Under the pieces are notes generated by a model. It ran no database searches and was not told the DNA's origin. It saw only the letters and a list, made by a program, of their open reading frames with translations. Position numbers and translations under genes: made by a program. Source: the human T2T-CHM13v2.0 reference genome, Homo sapiens. Taken from it: a DNA stretch of 64,000 bases. Within the stretch, counting starts at the first letter, position 1, and the number at the start of each line of letters is the position of its first letter. The DNA lies in the NCBI RefSeq assembly GCF_009914755.1, contig NC_060944.1. The stretch is one strand, 5' to 3'. Below are positions 1 to 13,600 of the stretch, piece by piece.

Positions 1-825
1 ACTATAGCCATTCTGACTAGTGTGAGATGGCATTTCATTGTGGTTTTAATTTTCATTTCTCTAACTATCATTGATGCTGAGCTTTTTCTCATACACTTGT
101 TGGCCTCATGTATGTCTTCTTTCGAAAACTGTTCATGTCTTTGCCCACTTTTTAATGGGGTTGTTTTTCTTTTGTAAATTTAATTTCCTTATAGGTGATA
201 GATATTAGACCTTTGTTAGATAGATAGTTTACAAATATTTTTTTCCACTCCATAGTTTTTCTGTTTACTCTGTTAATAGTTTTTTTTCTGCTATGCAAAA
301 TCTCTTTACTTTAATTAAATCCTACCTGTTAATTTTTGCTTTTCTTGCCATTGCTTTTGGTATTTCTATCATGAAATCTTTGCCCTTTCCTATATCCAGG
401 ATGGTATTTCCTGGATTGTCTTTCATAGTTTTTATACATAAAGATTTTACATTTAAGTCTTCAATCAGTCTTGAGTTGATTTTCTTTTTGTATATGATGT
501 AAATAAAGGGTCCAGCTTCAATCTGCCACATATTGCCAGCCAATTATTCCAGCACCACTTATTGAATAAATAATCTTTTTCTCATTGCTTGTTTTTGTCG
601 GCCTTGTCAATTATCACATGGGCATAGATGTGCAGCCTTGTTTCTGGGCTCTCTATTCTGCTCCATTTGTCTATGTGTCTGTTTTTGTATCAGTATTATG
701 CTGTTTTCATTACTATAGCCCTGTAGTGTAATTTGAAGCCAGGCAACCTGATGCCTGCAGCTTTGTTCTTTTTTGCTTAGGATTGCCTTGGCTATGTGTG
801 CTCCTTTTTGGTTTCATATATATAA

Positions 826-1110
826 TTTTTTTTGATGGAATATCACTCTATCATCAGGTTTCAGTGCAGTGGTGCAATCTCAGCTCACTGCAACCTCTGA
901 CTCCCTGGTTCAATGGATTCTCCTGCCTCAGCCTCCCGAGTAGCTGGGATTACAAGCGCTTGCCACTAGGCCCAGCTATTTTTTGTATTTTTAGTTGAGA
1001 AGGAGTTTCACCATGTTGGCCAGGATGGTTTCGATCTCCTGACCTCATGATCTGCACCCCTCGGCCTCCCAGAGTGCTGGGATTACAGGCGTGAGCCACT
1101 GCACCCAGCC
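826..1110 (-). mobile_element. Full-length AluS (AluSc-like) inserted into L1
   Basis: Poly-T at ~826-833, both Alu arms, ends GTGAGCCACTGCACCCAGCC at 1110. Degenerate TSD (TATA..AATTT on both sides). CAGGATGGTTTCGATCTCCTGACCTCATGATC resembles AluSc. Confidence 0.88.
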
Positions 1111-2000
1111 TATAGGAATTTTAAAATAGTTTTTTCTAGCTCTGTAAAAAATTTTATTGGCAGTTTGATGGAAATAGCATTAAATCTGTCAATTGCTTTG
1201 TGAAGTATAGCCATTTTAGTCATATTGGATCTTCCTATCCATGAGCATGGGGTGGTTTTCCATTTGTTTGTGTCTTCTCTGATTTCTTTGAGCAGTGTTT
1301 TGTAATTCTCATTGTAGAGCTCTTTCACCTCCCTGGTGAGCTGCATTTCCAGGTATTTTATTATTTCTGTGGCAATTGTGAATGGGATGGCCTTTCTGAT
1401 TTTGCTGTCAGTGTGGTTATCATTGGTGTAGGGAAATGTTAGTGATCTTTGCACATTGATTTAGTATCTTGAAAATTCGCTGAAGTTGTTTGTTAACTAA
1501 AGAAGCTTTGTAGCTGAAACTACAGGGTTTTCTAGATATAGAATTATGTTATCTGCAAACAGAAATAGTTTGGCTTTCTCTCTTCCTATTTGGATGCTTT
1601 TTGTATTTCTTTCTCTAGCCTGATTGCCCTGGTCAGGACTTTCAATACTATGTTGAATAGAAATGGTGAGAGAGGGCATTCTTGCCTTGTGCTGGTTTTC
1701 AAAAAAAAAACGCTCCCAACTTTTGCCCATTCAACAGATTGTTGGCTGTGGGTTTGTTATACACGGCTTTTATTATTTTCTGCATCTATTGGGATAATCG
1801 TCTGTTTTTTGTTTTTAGTTCTGTTTATGTGATGTATTACATTTATTGATTTGCACATGCTGGACCAACCTTGCATCCTAAGGAGGCAGCCTACTTGATA
1901 ATGACGGATTACCTGTTTGATGTGCTGCTGGATTTGGTTTACAAATATTTTTCTGAAAACTTTTGTAATGATGTTTGTCAAGAATATTGGCCTGAAGTTT

Positions 2001-2188
2001 TCTTTTCTTTCTTTCTTTTTTTTTTTTTTGACAGAGTTTCCCTCTGTTGCCCAGGCTGGAGTGCACTGGCGCAATCTCTGCTTAATGCAAGCTCCGCCTC
2101 CTGGGTTCATGCCATTCTCCTGCCTCAGCCTCCCAAGTAGCTGGGACTACAGGTGTCTGCTACCAAGCCCGGCTAATTTTGTGTTTTT
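2001..2188 (-). mobile_element. 5'-truncated AluY (right arm plus part of the linker) inserted into L1
   Basis: (CTTT)n/poly-T tail, then GCAAGCTCCGCCTCCTGGGTTCATGCCATTCTCC (AluY-type). Ends at GGCTAATTTTGTGTTTTT, where L1 resumes with GTTGTGTCTCTGCCAG. Confidence 0.85.
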
Positions 2189-2589
2189 GTTGTGTCTCTG
2201 CCAGATTTTGGTGTCAAGATCATGCTGTCCTCATAGAATGAGTTTGGGAGGAGACCATCCTCCTCAATTTTTGGGGATAGTTTCTGTAGGAATTGTACAA
2301 GCTCTTCTTTGTACATTTTGTAGAATTTGGCTGTAAATCCATAAAGTCCAGGGCTTTTATTTTTTTGATTGGCAAGCTACTTATTACCTATATAATATCA
2401 GAGCTTTTTATTGGTCCATTCAGGAAATAATTGTCTTCCTGGCTTAATCTTGGGAGAGTGTGTATATCTAGTAATGTATCTATTTCTTTAAAGTTTTCTA
2501 GTTTGTGTGTATAAAGGTGTTCATGTTAATACTGACCCCACATAAATAAAAACAACCATTAGAAACCACTAAAGTTGAACACTTATGTC

Positions 2590-3280
2590 TTTAATCTATT
2601 TTTATTTAATTTTTGTACTTGGAATGTGATAAAGATTCAACTTTACTGGTTTAAATGTGGACTTGTTTTCCCAGAATTTATTGTGGAACAAACTGTCCCT
2701 TTCTTTACATAATGACTAAGGCACCCTTGTCAAAAGACAATCAATAATTTATGCAAGGGTTTTTTGGATTATCTATTTTATTTATTTGATCTCTACAATT
2801 GTTCTTATGCCACTAGCAAACTGTTATAGTAGCTTTGTATGTTTTCAAATTTAAAATTGTGAAATATCTAATTATGTTCTTCTTTTCAAGATTATTCTGT
2901 ACATTCAGAGGATTTTCAAATTTCATATGAAGTTTTAAATGAATTATTTTGTTTTTGCAAAAGAAAAGTTGGAAAAATTAAAAATTGGGATTACAGTACA
3001 TCTGTACACTACTTTGGGTAGCAGTATTTTCATCTTAACTTCATTAAGTCTTCAGGTTCAGGAACATGGAATTTGTTGCCAGTTATTTAAGTCCTTTTTA
3101 GTTTTTTTCATAAATATTCTGATCCTGTATTTTTTATTGTACAAAATATGTACCTTCTTATTAAATTTATTGCTAAGAATTATATTATTTTAATGTTGTT
3201 GCAAACAATTGTTTTATTAATTTACTGTCAAATTGTTCATTGTTGGTATATGGAAATGCACTTTATGTTTCTGTGTTGTA
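2590..3280 (-). mobile_element. Highly diverged L1M-type ORF2 fragment
   Basis: T-rich antisense L1 motifs (GGCACCCTTGTCAAAA, TTGTTCTTATGCCA, GTTCTTCTTTTCAAGATT, TTTCATATGAAGTTTTA, TTCATTGTTGGTATATGGAAATGCA) in L1 order. Boundaries approximate. Confidence 0.65.
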
Positions 3281-3490
3281 AAAATAATTATTTCATCTCT
3301 CAAATCTAGATTAGCAATTCATTCAGAATAAATATGCCGTATAAATTGGTAGTCATTTAACTTTTTCCAATAAGCTAACCAATTACAATGTGTCTAAATA
3401 TGTAGAAATGTTGAATTGTGTTAGATTTTCACTTACTGTCACCTGTCATTTATCAGTCAGAATTACATTACTGCACACATAGAACTTTCA

Positions 3491-3701
<211 letters not shown>

Positions 3702-3859
3702 AATCCCACAACACAAAACAACCAAAGTTAGTCTTCATGTCAAATATCTTCAATGGATTTTTTTCATCACAGGATTGTTTAGTGCAACATTTTATGGAAA
3801 AGATGCATGCTACTGAGATGTAGTTCTGTAAAAGTCTCTTAGAGTTTGTCATTTTGTTG

Positions 3860-4620
3860 TGTCTTACATCACATACCTGTCCTGTTCCAGGCTATTTTTC
3901 AAAGATTTTTGTACACGAATAACCTGGAAAAAGGGTAGTAGTTTTTCTCTTCAGGTGAATGGCAGATAAATTGCTCAATCAATATAATAAAGACAATTTT
4001 TCTCTGTGAGGCAAAGGTTGGACAGGTTTGCATGTAACCTACTTTAAGAAGATTGAGGTTTCTTAGTCTTGAGTCTGCTCAGCTGTGACACAAACCTTCC
4101 CCAAGTGCAATGTCCATCTGAGCCTTTTGAAGTCCCTCTAAAAAATGTAGTATGGACACGGAGAACTAATACAAATATGAGTCTTTTGCCTCCAGGTAGA
4201 CAGTAAATTGTAGGTATTTTTTTCATGCTTCAGTGTCTCATGCCTTCTACCAGCATCCATGAAAATGAAAGGTTAATAGGTTTGTTTACAAATAGGATGA
4301 AATCTTAGATCCTTCACAATTATTTAATTTTGGAGATGACAATGGGATGCTGAGATAAACACAACTTTCTGAAAGGGGAAAATACACAAATACTTGAAGA
4401 GCTTGCAAGGGATATGAGAAGTTCCCCTAGGACTAACAACAACTTCTCTCAGCCAAGTTGATAGCTTGGTGAAACAAGGGATCAAGACTGTGCTGTCTGC
4501 TAATGAGACTGATCCTTGAGAGGATTATAACAATGAGCCTGAGAGCTTTGCATGTTCATTTTTCTCCCGCTGGAAAGATCAAGGAGCTCTTAAAGCTAAT
4601 GTTGAGGCTTGGATGAGTCC
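3860..4620 (+). mobile_element. Probable old ERVL/MER-type LTR, possibly with adjacent internal sequence
   Basis: TATAATAAAGAC..GGCAAAGGTTGGACAGGTTTGC..CTCAGCTGTGACACAAAC resembles MER21/MER68/MER77-group LTRs from memory. Not verified; boundaries approximate. Confidence 0.35.
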
Positions 4621-4627
4621 AAAACAC

Positions 4628-7600
4628 TAGAAGTTCACCTCTGTGAGATGAATGCACACATCACAAAGAAGTTTCTCAGAATACATCTGTCTAGTTTTTA
4701 TGTGAAGATATTTCCTTTTCCACCATAGGAGGCAAACCGCTCCAAATATACACTTGCAGATGCTACAAAAAGAGTGTTTCAAAACTACGCAACCAAAAGA
4801 AAGGTTCAACTCTGTGAGATGAGTGCACACATCACAAAGAAGTTTCTCAGAATGCTTCTGTCTGGTTTTTATGTGAATATATTTGTTTTACAGCATAGGC
4901 CTCTAAGCGCTCCAAATATCCACTTGCAGATTCACCAAAAACAGAGTTTCAAAACTGTTCAATCAAAGGAAAGGTTTAAATCTGTGAGATGAATGCACAC
5001 ATCACAAAGAAGTTTCTCAAAATGCATCTGTCTAGTTTTGATGCAAAGATATTTGCTTTTCCACCAAAGGCCTAAAAGCACTCAAAATATTCACTACAAA
5101 AAGATTCTACCAAAAGATTCTACAAAAAGAGTGATTCAAAACTGCTCAATCAAAAGAAATGTTCAACTCTGTGAGATGAATGCACAAATCACAGAGAAAT
5201 TTCTCAGAATGCTTCTGTCTAGTTTATATGTGAAGATATTTCCTTTTCCACCATAGACCTCAAATCGCTTCAAATATCCATTTACAGATACTACAAAAAG
5301 AGTGTTTCAAAACTGCTCAATCAAAAGAAAGGTTCAACTCTGTCAGATGAACGCGCACATCACAAATAAGTTTTTCAGAATTCTTCCGTCTAGCTTTTAT
5401 GTCAAGATACTTCCTTTTACAACGTATGCAGCAAAGCACTCCAAATACTCTCCTGAAGATTCTACAAAAAAAGTGTTTCAACACTGCTCAATCAAAAGAA
5501 AGTTCCACTCTGTGAGATGAATGCACACATCACAAAGAAATTGGGAAGATATTTGTTTTTCCACAGTAGGCCCCAATGAGCTCCAAATACCCACTTGCAG
5601 ATTCTACAAAAAGAGTGTTTCAAAACTGCTCAATCAACAGAGACATTCAACTCTGTGAGATGAATGCACACATCAAAAAGAAGTTTCTCAGAATGCTTCT
5701 GTCTAGTTTTTATGTGAAGATATTTCCATTTCCACTGTGGGCCACAAAGGGCTCCAAATATCCACTTGTAGATTCTACAAAAAGAGTGGTTCAAAACTGC
5801 TAAATCAAAAGGACGGTTCTACTCTATGAGTTGAATGCACACATCAAAGAAGTTTCTCAGAGTGCTTCCGTCAAGTTTTTATGTGGAGATATTTCCTTTT
5901 TCACCATAAGCCCCTAAGCGCTGCAAATATCCACTTGCAAATTCTACAAAAAGAGTGTTTGAAAACTGCTGAATCAAAAGAAAGGTTCACCACTGTAAGA
6001 TGAATGCGCACATCACAAAGAAGTTTCTCAGAAAGATTCTGTCTAGTTTTTATGTGAAGATATATCTTTTGCATGGTAGACCTCAAAACGATCCATATAT
6101 CCAATTGCAGATTCTACAAAAAGAGTGTTTCAAAACTGCTCAATCAAAAGAAAGGTTAAGTTCTGTGAGATGAATGCACACATTACAAAGAAGTTTCTCA
6201 GAATGCTGCTGTCTAGTTTTTACGTGAATATGTTTCATTTTCCACCATAAGCCTCAAAGCGCTCCAAATATCCACTTGCAGATTATACAAAAAGAGTGTT
6301 TCAAAAAAGTTCAATCAAAAGAAAGTTTCAACTCTGTGAGATGAATGCACACATCACAAAGTAGTTTCTCAGATTGCTTCTGTCTAGTTTTTATGTGAAG
6401 ATATTTATTTTCCACCATAGGCCGCAAAGCGCTCCAAATATTCACTTGCAGATTCTAGAAAAAGAGTGTTTCAAAAGGCTAAATGAAAAGAAAGGTTCAA
6501 CTCTGTGATATATATGCACACGTCACAAAGAAGTTTCTCAGAATGCTTCTGTCTACTATTTATGTGAAGGTATTTCCTTTTCCAAAATATGCCCCAAAGC
6601 GCTCCTATTATCCACAGGCAGATTCTACAAAAAGAGTGTCTCAAAACTTCTCAATCAAAAGAAAATTTCAACCCTGTGAGATGAATGCAAACATCACAAA
6701 GAAGTTTCTCAGAATGCTTCTGTCTAGTTTTTAAGTGAAGATATTTCCTTTTCCTCCATAGGCCTCAAAGCGCTCCAAATATCCTCTAGCAGATTCCACA
6801 AAAGAGTGTTTCAAAACTGCTTAATCAAAAGAAATGTTCAACTCTGTGAGAGGAATGCACACATCACAAATAAGTTTCTCAGAATGTTTCCTCTAGTTTT
6901 TATGTGAAGATATTTCCTTTTCCACCATAGTCCTCAAAGTGCTCCAAATATCCACTGGCTGATTCTCCGAAAAGAGCATTTCAAAACTGCTCAATCAAAA
7001 GAAATTTTCAATCTGTGAGATGAATGTGCACATCACAAAGAAGTTTGTCAGAATGCTTCCGTGTAGCTTTTATGTGAATTTATTCCCTTTTCCACAATAG
7101 GCCTCAAGTGGCTCCAAATGTCCACTTGCAGATTCTACAAAAAGAGAGTTTCAAAACTGCTCAGTCAAAAGAAATGTTAAACTCTCTCTGATGAATGCAC
7201 ACATCACAAAGAAGTTTCTCAGAATGCTTCCATCAAGTTTTTATGTGGAGATATTTCCTTTCTAGCATCGACCCCTAAGCACTCCAAATATCCACTTACA
7301 GATCCTTCAAAAAGTGTGTTTCAAAACTGCTGAATCAAAAGAAAGGTTCAACTCTGTGAGTTGAATGCACATATCAGAAAGAAGTTTCTCAGAATGCTTC
7401 TGTCTCGTTTATATGTGAAGGTATTTCCTTTTCCGTCAAACTCATCAAAGCGTTCCAAATATTCACTTGCACATTCTACAAAAAGAGTGTATCAAATCTG
7501 CTCAAGGAAAAGAATGGTTCAATTTGGTGAGATAAATGAACACATCACGAGGAAGTTTTGCAGAATGCTTCTGTCTAGTTTTTCTGTGAAAATATTGCCT

Positions 7601-10600
7601 TTACTACCATAGGACACAATCGCTCCAAATATCTATTTCAGATTCAAAAAAAGGGTGTTTCAATATTGCTCGATGAAAGGAAAGATTCAACCCGGTGAGA
7701 TGAACGCACATATCACAAAGAAGTTTCTCAGAAAGCTTCTGTCTAGCTTTTATGTGAAGATATTTCCTTTTAAACCATAGGCCACAATTCGCTCCAAATA
7801 TCCACTTGCAGATTTATCAAAAAGACTGTTTCAAAACCCTCAATCAAAAGAAAGTTTCAACACTGTGAGATGAATGCACACATTAAAAAGAAGTTTCTCA
7901 GAATGCTTCTGTCTAGTTTTTATGTGAAGATATTTCCTTTTCCACCACAGGCCTGAAAGCACTCCAAATATTCACTTGCAGATTCTACAAAAAGAGTATT
8001 TCAAAACAGCTCCATCAAAAGAATGGTTCCGCTTGGTGAGATGAATGCACACATCACAAAGAAGTTTCTCAGAGTGCTTCTGTCTAGTTTTTACGTGAAG
8101 ATATTTCCTTTTCCACCATAGACCACAAATCGCTCCAAATATCCACTTGCATATACAACAAAAAGAGTGTTTCAAAACTGCTCAATCAAAAGAAAGTTTC
8201 AACTCTGTCAGATGAAAGCACACATCACAAAGAGTTTTCTCAGAATGCTTCTGTGTAGTTTTTATGTGAAGATATTTTCTTTCCATCATAGGATGCAAAG
8301 GGCTCCAAATATCCACTTACAGATTCTACAAAGGAGAGATTCAAAACTGTTCAATTAAAAGATAGGTTCAACTCTGTGAGATGAATGCACACATAAGAAA
8401 GAAGTTTCTCAGAATGTTTCTCTGTAGTTTTTCTGTGAAGATATTTCTTTTTCCACAATAGGCTTCAAAGCACTCAAAATATCCACTTGCATTTTCTACA
8501 AAAAGAGTGTTTCAAAACTGCTCAATCAAAAAAAATTTTCAATTCTGTGAGATGAATGCACACACAACAAAGAGGCTTCTCAGAATGCTTCTGTGTTGTT
8601 TTTATATGAAGATATTTCCTTTTCCACCATAGGCTGCAAAGAGCTCCAAATATCCCCTTGCATGTCCTACAAAAAGGGAGTTGCCAAACTGCTCTATCAA
8701 AAGATAGGTTCAACTCTGTGAATTGAATGCACACATCACTGAGAAGAATCTCAGAATGTTTCTGTGTAGTTTTCATGTGAAGATATTTCCTTTTCCACCG
8801 TAAGCCTCAAAGCCCTCCAAATATCCACTTGCAGATTCTACAAAAGGAGTGTTTCCAAACTGCTCAATCAAAAGAATTTTAACTCTGTGAGATGAATGCA
8901 CACATCACAACAAAGTTTCTCAGAATGCTTCTGTGTAATTTTTAACTGAAGATATTTCCTTTTCCACAATAGCCCTCAAAGCGCTCCAAATATCCACTTG
9001 AAGATTCTACCAAAAGAGTATTTCAAAACTACTTAATCAAAAGAATGCTTCAACTCCGTGTGATGAATGCACACATCACAAAGAAGTTTCTCAGAATGCT
9101 ACTGTGTAGTTTTTATGTGAAGATATTTCCTTTTCCAACACAAGCCGCAAATGTCTTCAAATATCCACTTTCAGGTTATACAAAAAGAGATATTCAAAAC
9201 TGCTCAATCAAAAGGTAGGTTCGACTCTATGAGTTGAATGCATACATCACAAAGTAGTCTCTCAGAATGCTTCTGTGTAGTTTTTATGTGAAGATATTTC
9301 CTTTTACACCATAGGCCTCAAAGCGCTCCAAATATCCACCTGGAGATTCCGAAAAAAGAGAGATTCAAAACTGCTCAACAAGATAGGTTCAACTCCGAAA
9401 GTTGAATGCACACATCACAAATAAGTTTCTAAGAATGCTTCTGTGTATTTTTTATGTGAAGAAATTTCCTTTTCCTCAGTACGCCTTACAGCACTGCAAA
9501 TATCTACCTGCAGATCGCACTAAAAGAGTATTTCAAAAGTGCACAATCCAAAGAAAGGTTCACCTCTGTGAAATGAATTCACACATCACAAAAAGTATCT
9601 CAGACTGTTCCTCTGTAGTTTTTATGTGAAGATATTTCCTTTTACGCAATAGCCGTCAAACGCGCCAAATATCCACTTGAAGATTCTACAAAAAGAGTAT
9701 TTCAAAACTGCTTAATCAAAAGAATGCTTCAACTCTGTCAGATGAATGCACACGTCACAAAGAAGTTTCTCCGATGCTTCTGTGTAGTTTTTATGTGAAG
9801 ATATTTCCTTTTCCACTGTAGGCTGCAAAAAGCTCCAAATATCCACTTGGAGATTCTACAAAAAGAATGTTTCCAAACTGCTCAATCAAAAGAATGATAC
9901 AATTCTGTGAATTGAATGCACACATCACGAAGAAGTTTCTCAGAATTCTACTGTGTAGTTTCTAAGTGAAGATATTTTCTTTTCAACAATAGGCCTCAAA
10001 GCATTCCAATTATCCACTTGCGGAATCTACAAAAAGACTGTTACAAAACTGCTCAATGAAAAGAATTGTTCAACTCAGTGGGAGGAATGCACACATCACA
10101 AAGAAGTTTCTCAGAATGTTTATGTGTAATTTTTATGTGAAGATATTTCCTTTTCAGCAATAGGCCTCAAAGCGCTCCAAATATCTACTTGCAGATTCTA
10201 CAAAAAGTGTTTTTCAAAACTGCTCAATCAAAGCAAAGGTTCAACTCTGTGAGATGAATGCCCACATCACAAAGAAATTTCTCAGAATGCTTCTGTGTAG
10301 TTTTCATGTGAAGATATTTCGTTTTCCACAATAGGCCTCAAAGCCCCCCAAATATCCACTTGAATGTTCTACTAAAAGCATGTTATAAAGCTGCTGAATC
10401 AAAAGAAAAGTTCAACTCTGTGAGATGAATGCACACATCAAAATAAAGTATCTCAGAATGATTCTGTGTAGTTTTTGATGAAGATACTTCCTTTTCCACA
10501 AAAGAACTCAAAGCACTCCAAACATCCAATTCCAGATTGTACAAAAAGAGAGATTCAAAACTGCTCAATCAAAAGGTAGGTTCAACTGTGTGAGTTGAAT

Positions 10601-13600
10601 GCACACATCACAAAGAAGTTTCTCAGAATGCTTCTGTGCAGTTTTTATGTGAAGATTCATGCTTTTACAAAATAGGCCTTGAAGCGCACCAAATATCCAC
10701 TTGTAGATTCTACAAAAAGAGTGTTTCCAAACTGCTCAATCAAAAGCAAGTTTCAACTCTGTGAGATGAATGCACGTAACACAAAGTAGTTTCTCAGAAT
10801 GCTTCTGTGTATTTTTTGTGTGAAGATATTTCCTTTTCCACAATAGGCCTCAAAGCCCCCCAAATATCCACTTGAAGATTCTACAAAAAGAGGGTTTTAA
10901 AACTGCTCAATCAAAAGAAAGTTTCAACTCTGTGTGATGAATGCACACATCACAAAAAAGTTTCTCAGAATCCTTCTGTGTAGTTTTTCTGTGAAGATAT
11001 TTCCTTTTCCTCAATAGCCCTCAAAGCGCTCCAAATATTCACTTGAAGATTCTACAAAAAGAGTATTCCAAAACTGCTTAATCAAAAGAATGCTTCAACT
11101 CCGTGTGATGAATGCACACATCACAAAGAAGTTTCTCAGAATGCCACTGTGTAGTGTTTATGTGAAGATATTTCCTTTTTCACCATAGGCTGCTACGCGG
11201 TCCAAATATCCACCTGCAGAGTTTACAAAAGGACAGTTTCAAAACTTCTCAATCAAAAGATAGGTTCAACTATGTGAGTTGAATGCACACATTACAAAGA
11301 AGTTTCCCAGAATGTTTCTGTGTAGTTTTTATGTAAAGATATTTCCTTTCTCAAATAGGCCTCAAAGCCCTGTAAATATGCACTTCCAGATTCTACAAAA
11401 GAGTGTTTCAAAGCTGCTCAATCGAAGGAAAATTTCAACTCTTTGTGATGTATGCACTCATCACAAAGTAGTTTCTGTGAATGCTTCTGTGTAGTTTTTA
11501 TGTGAAGATATTTCCTTTTACACAACTCCAAATATCCGCTTACAGATTCTACAAAAAGAGAGTTTCAAAACTGCTCAATCAAGAGATAGGTTCACCCCTG
11601 TGAGCTGAATGCACACATCAGAAAGAAGTTTCTGAAAATGTTTCTGTGTAGTTTTTATGTGAAGATATTTCCTTTTCCAACATAGGCCTCAAAGAGATCG
11701 AATTATCCACCTGAAAATTCTACAAAAATTGTGTTTCCAAACTGTTCAATTAAAAGAAAGGTTCAACCCTGTGAGATGAATGCACACATCACAAGGAAGT
11801 TTCTCAGAATGATTCTGTGTAGTTTTTATGTGAAGATGTTTCCCTTTACACAATAGGCCTCAAAGGGCTCCAAATATCCAGTTGAAGATTATACAAAAAG
11901 AGTGTGTCCAATCTGCTGAATCAAAAGAAAAGTTCAGCTCTGTGAGACAAAAGTACACATCACAAAGAAGTTTCTCAGAATGCTTCTGTGTAGTTTTTAT
12001 GTGAAGATATTTCCTTTTCCACCATAGGCCGCCAAGGTCTCCAAGTATCCACTTTCAGATTTTACAAAAAGAGAGATACAAAAGTGCTCAATCAAAAGAT
12101 AGATTCAAAACTGTGAGTTGAATGCACACTTAACAATGAAGTTTCTCAGAATACTTCTGTGTAGTTTTTATGTGAAGATATATCCTTTTACACAATACGC
12201 CTCAAAGCACTAAAAATATACACTTGCAGATTCTACAAAAATAGTGTTTCAAAACTGCTCAATCAAAAGAAAGTTTCAACTCTGTGAGGTGAATGCCCAC
12301 ATCACAAAGAAGTTTCTCAGAATGTTTATGTGTAGTTTTTATGTGAAGATATTTACTTTTCCAATGTCGGCCTCAAAGTGCCACAAATATCAACTTACAG
12401 ATTCGCAAAAACAGTGTTTCAAAACCGCTTAATGAAAAACTAGGTTCATCTTTGTGAGATGAATGCACACATCACAAAGAAGTTTCTCAGAATGCTTCTG
12501 TGTAGTTTTTATGGGAAGATAATTCCTGTTCCAAAATAGGCCTCAAAGCCTTCCAGATATCCACTTGCAGACTCTACAAAAAGTGTGTTTCATAACTGTT
12601 CAGTGAAAGAAATTTTCAACTCTGTGTGGTGAATGGACTCATCACAAAGTAGTTTCTCAGAATGCTTCTGTGTAGTTTTTTTGTGAAGATATTTCCTTTA
12701 TCACAAGAGGCCACAAAGGGCTCCTAATATCCACTTGCAGATTCTACAAAAAGAGAGATTCAAAACTACTCAATCAAAAGATAGGTTCAACTCTGTGTGA
12801 TTAATGCACTCATCACAAAGAAGTTTCTCAGAATGCTTCTGTGCAGTTTTTATGTGAAGATACATGCTTTTCCACAATAGTCCTCAAAGTGCTCCAAATT
12901 TCCACTTGCAGATTCTATAAAAAGATTGTTTCAAAAGTGCTCAATCATAAGATAGGTTCAACTCTGTGAGATGAATGCACACATCAAAAATAAGTTTCTC
13001 AGAATGCTTCTGTGTAGTTTTTACTTGAAGATACTTCCTTTTCCACCTTATGCTGTAAAGGGCTCCAAATATCCACTTGTAGATTCTTCAAAAAGAGAGA
13101 GTCAAAACTGCTCAATCAAAAGATAGATTTAACTATGTGAGTTGAATGCATATATCATAAAGATGTGTCTCAGAATGCTTCTGTGTAATTTTTATATGAA
13201 GATATATCCTTTTCCACAATAGGTTTCAAAGCCCTCAAAATACCCACTTGCACATTCTACAAAAAGAGTGTTTCAAAACTATTCAACCAAAGAAAGATTC
13301 ACCTCTGTGAGTTGAATGCACACATCATGAAGAAGTTTCTCAGAATGCTTCTGTGCAGTTTTTATTTGAAGATATTTCCTTTTCCTCCATAGGCTGCAAA
13401 GGGCTACATATATCCACTTGCAGATTCTACAAACAGAGAGATTCAAAACTGCTCAATCAAAAGATAAGTTCAAACTTGTGAGTTGAATGCACACATCACA
13501 ATGTAGTTTCTCAGAATGCTTCTGTGTATTTTTTATGTGAAGATCTTCACTTTTCCACAATAGGCCTCAAAGCACTCCAACTATCCACTTGCAGATACTA

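Larger units (their letters stand above)
1..2524 (-). mobile_element. Old LINE-1 fragment (ORF2 RT to C-terminal region; older L1PA/L1PB-like), degenerate, interrupted by two Alus
   Basis: Minus-strand ORF remnants match L1 ORF2 (e.g. [22 protein letters not shown] at 1110..1454; [24 protein letters not shown] at 1757..2110). Many stops and frameshifts. Subfamily is inferred from divergence only. Confidence 0.9.

Noticed and set aside
5098-5130. 13-bp tandem duplication AAAAGATTCTAC
   Set aside because: Ordinary slippage within a single monomer.
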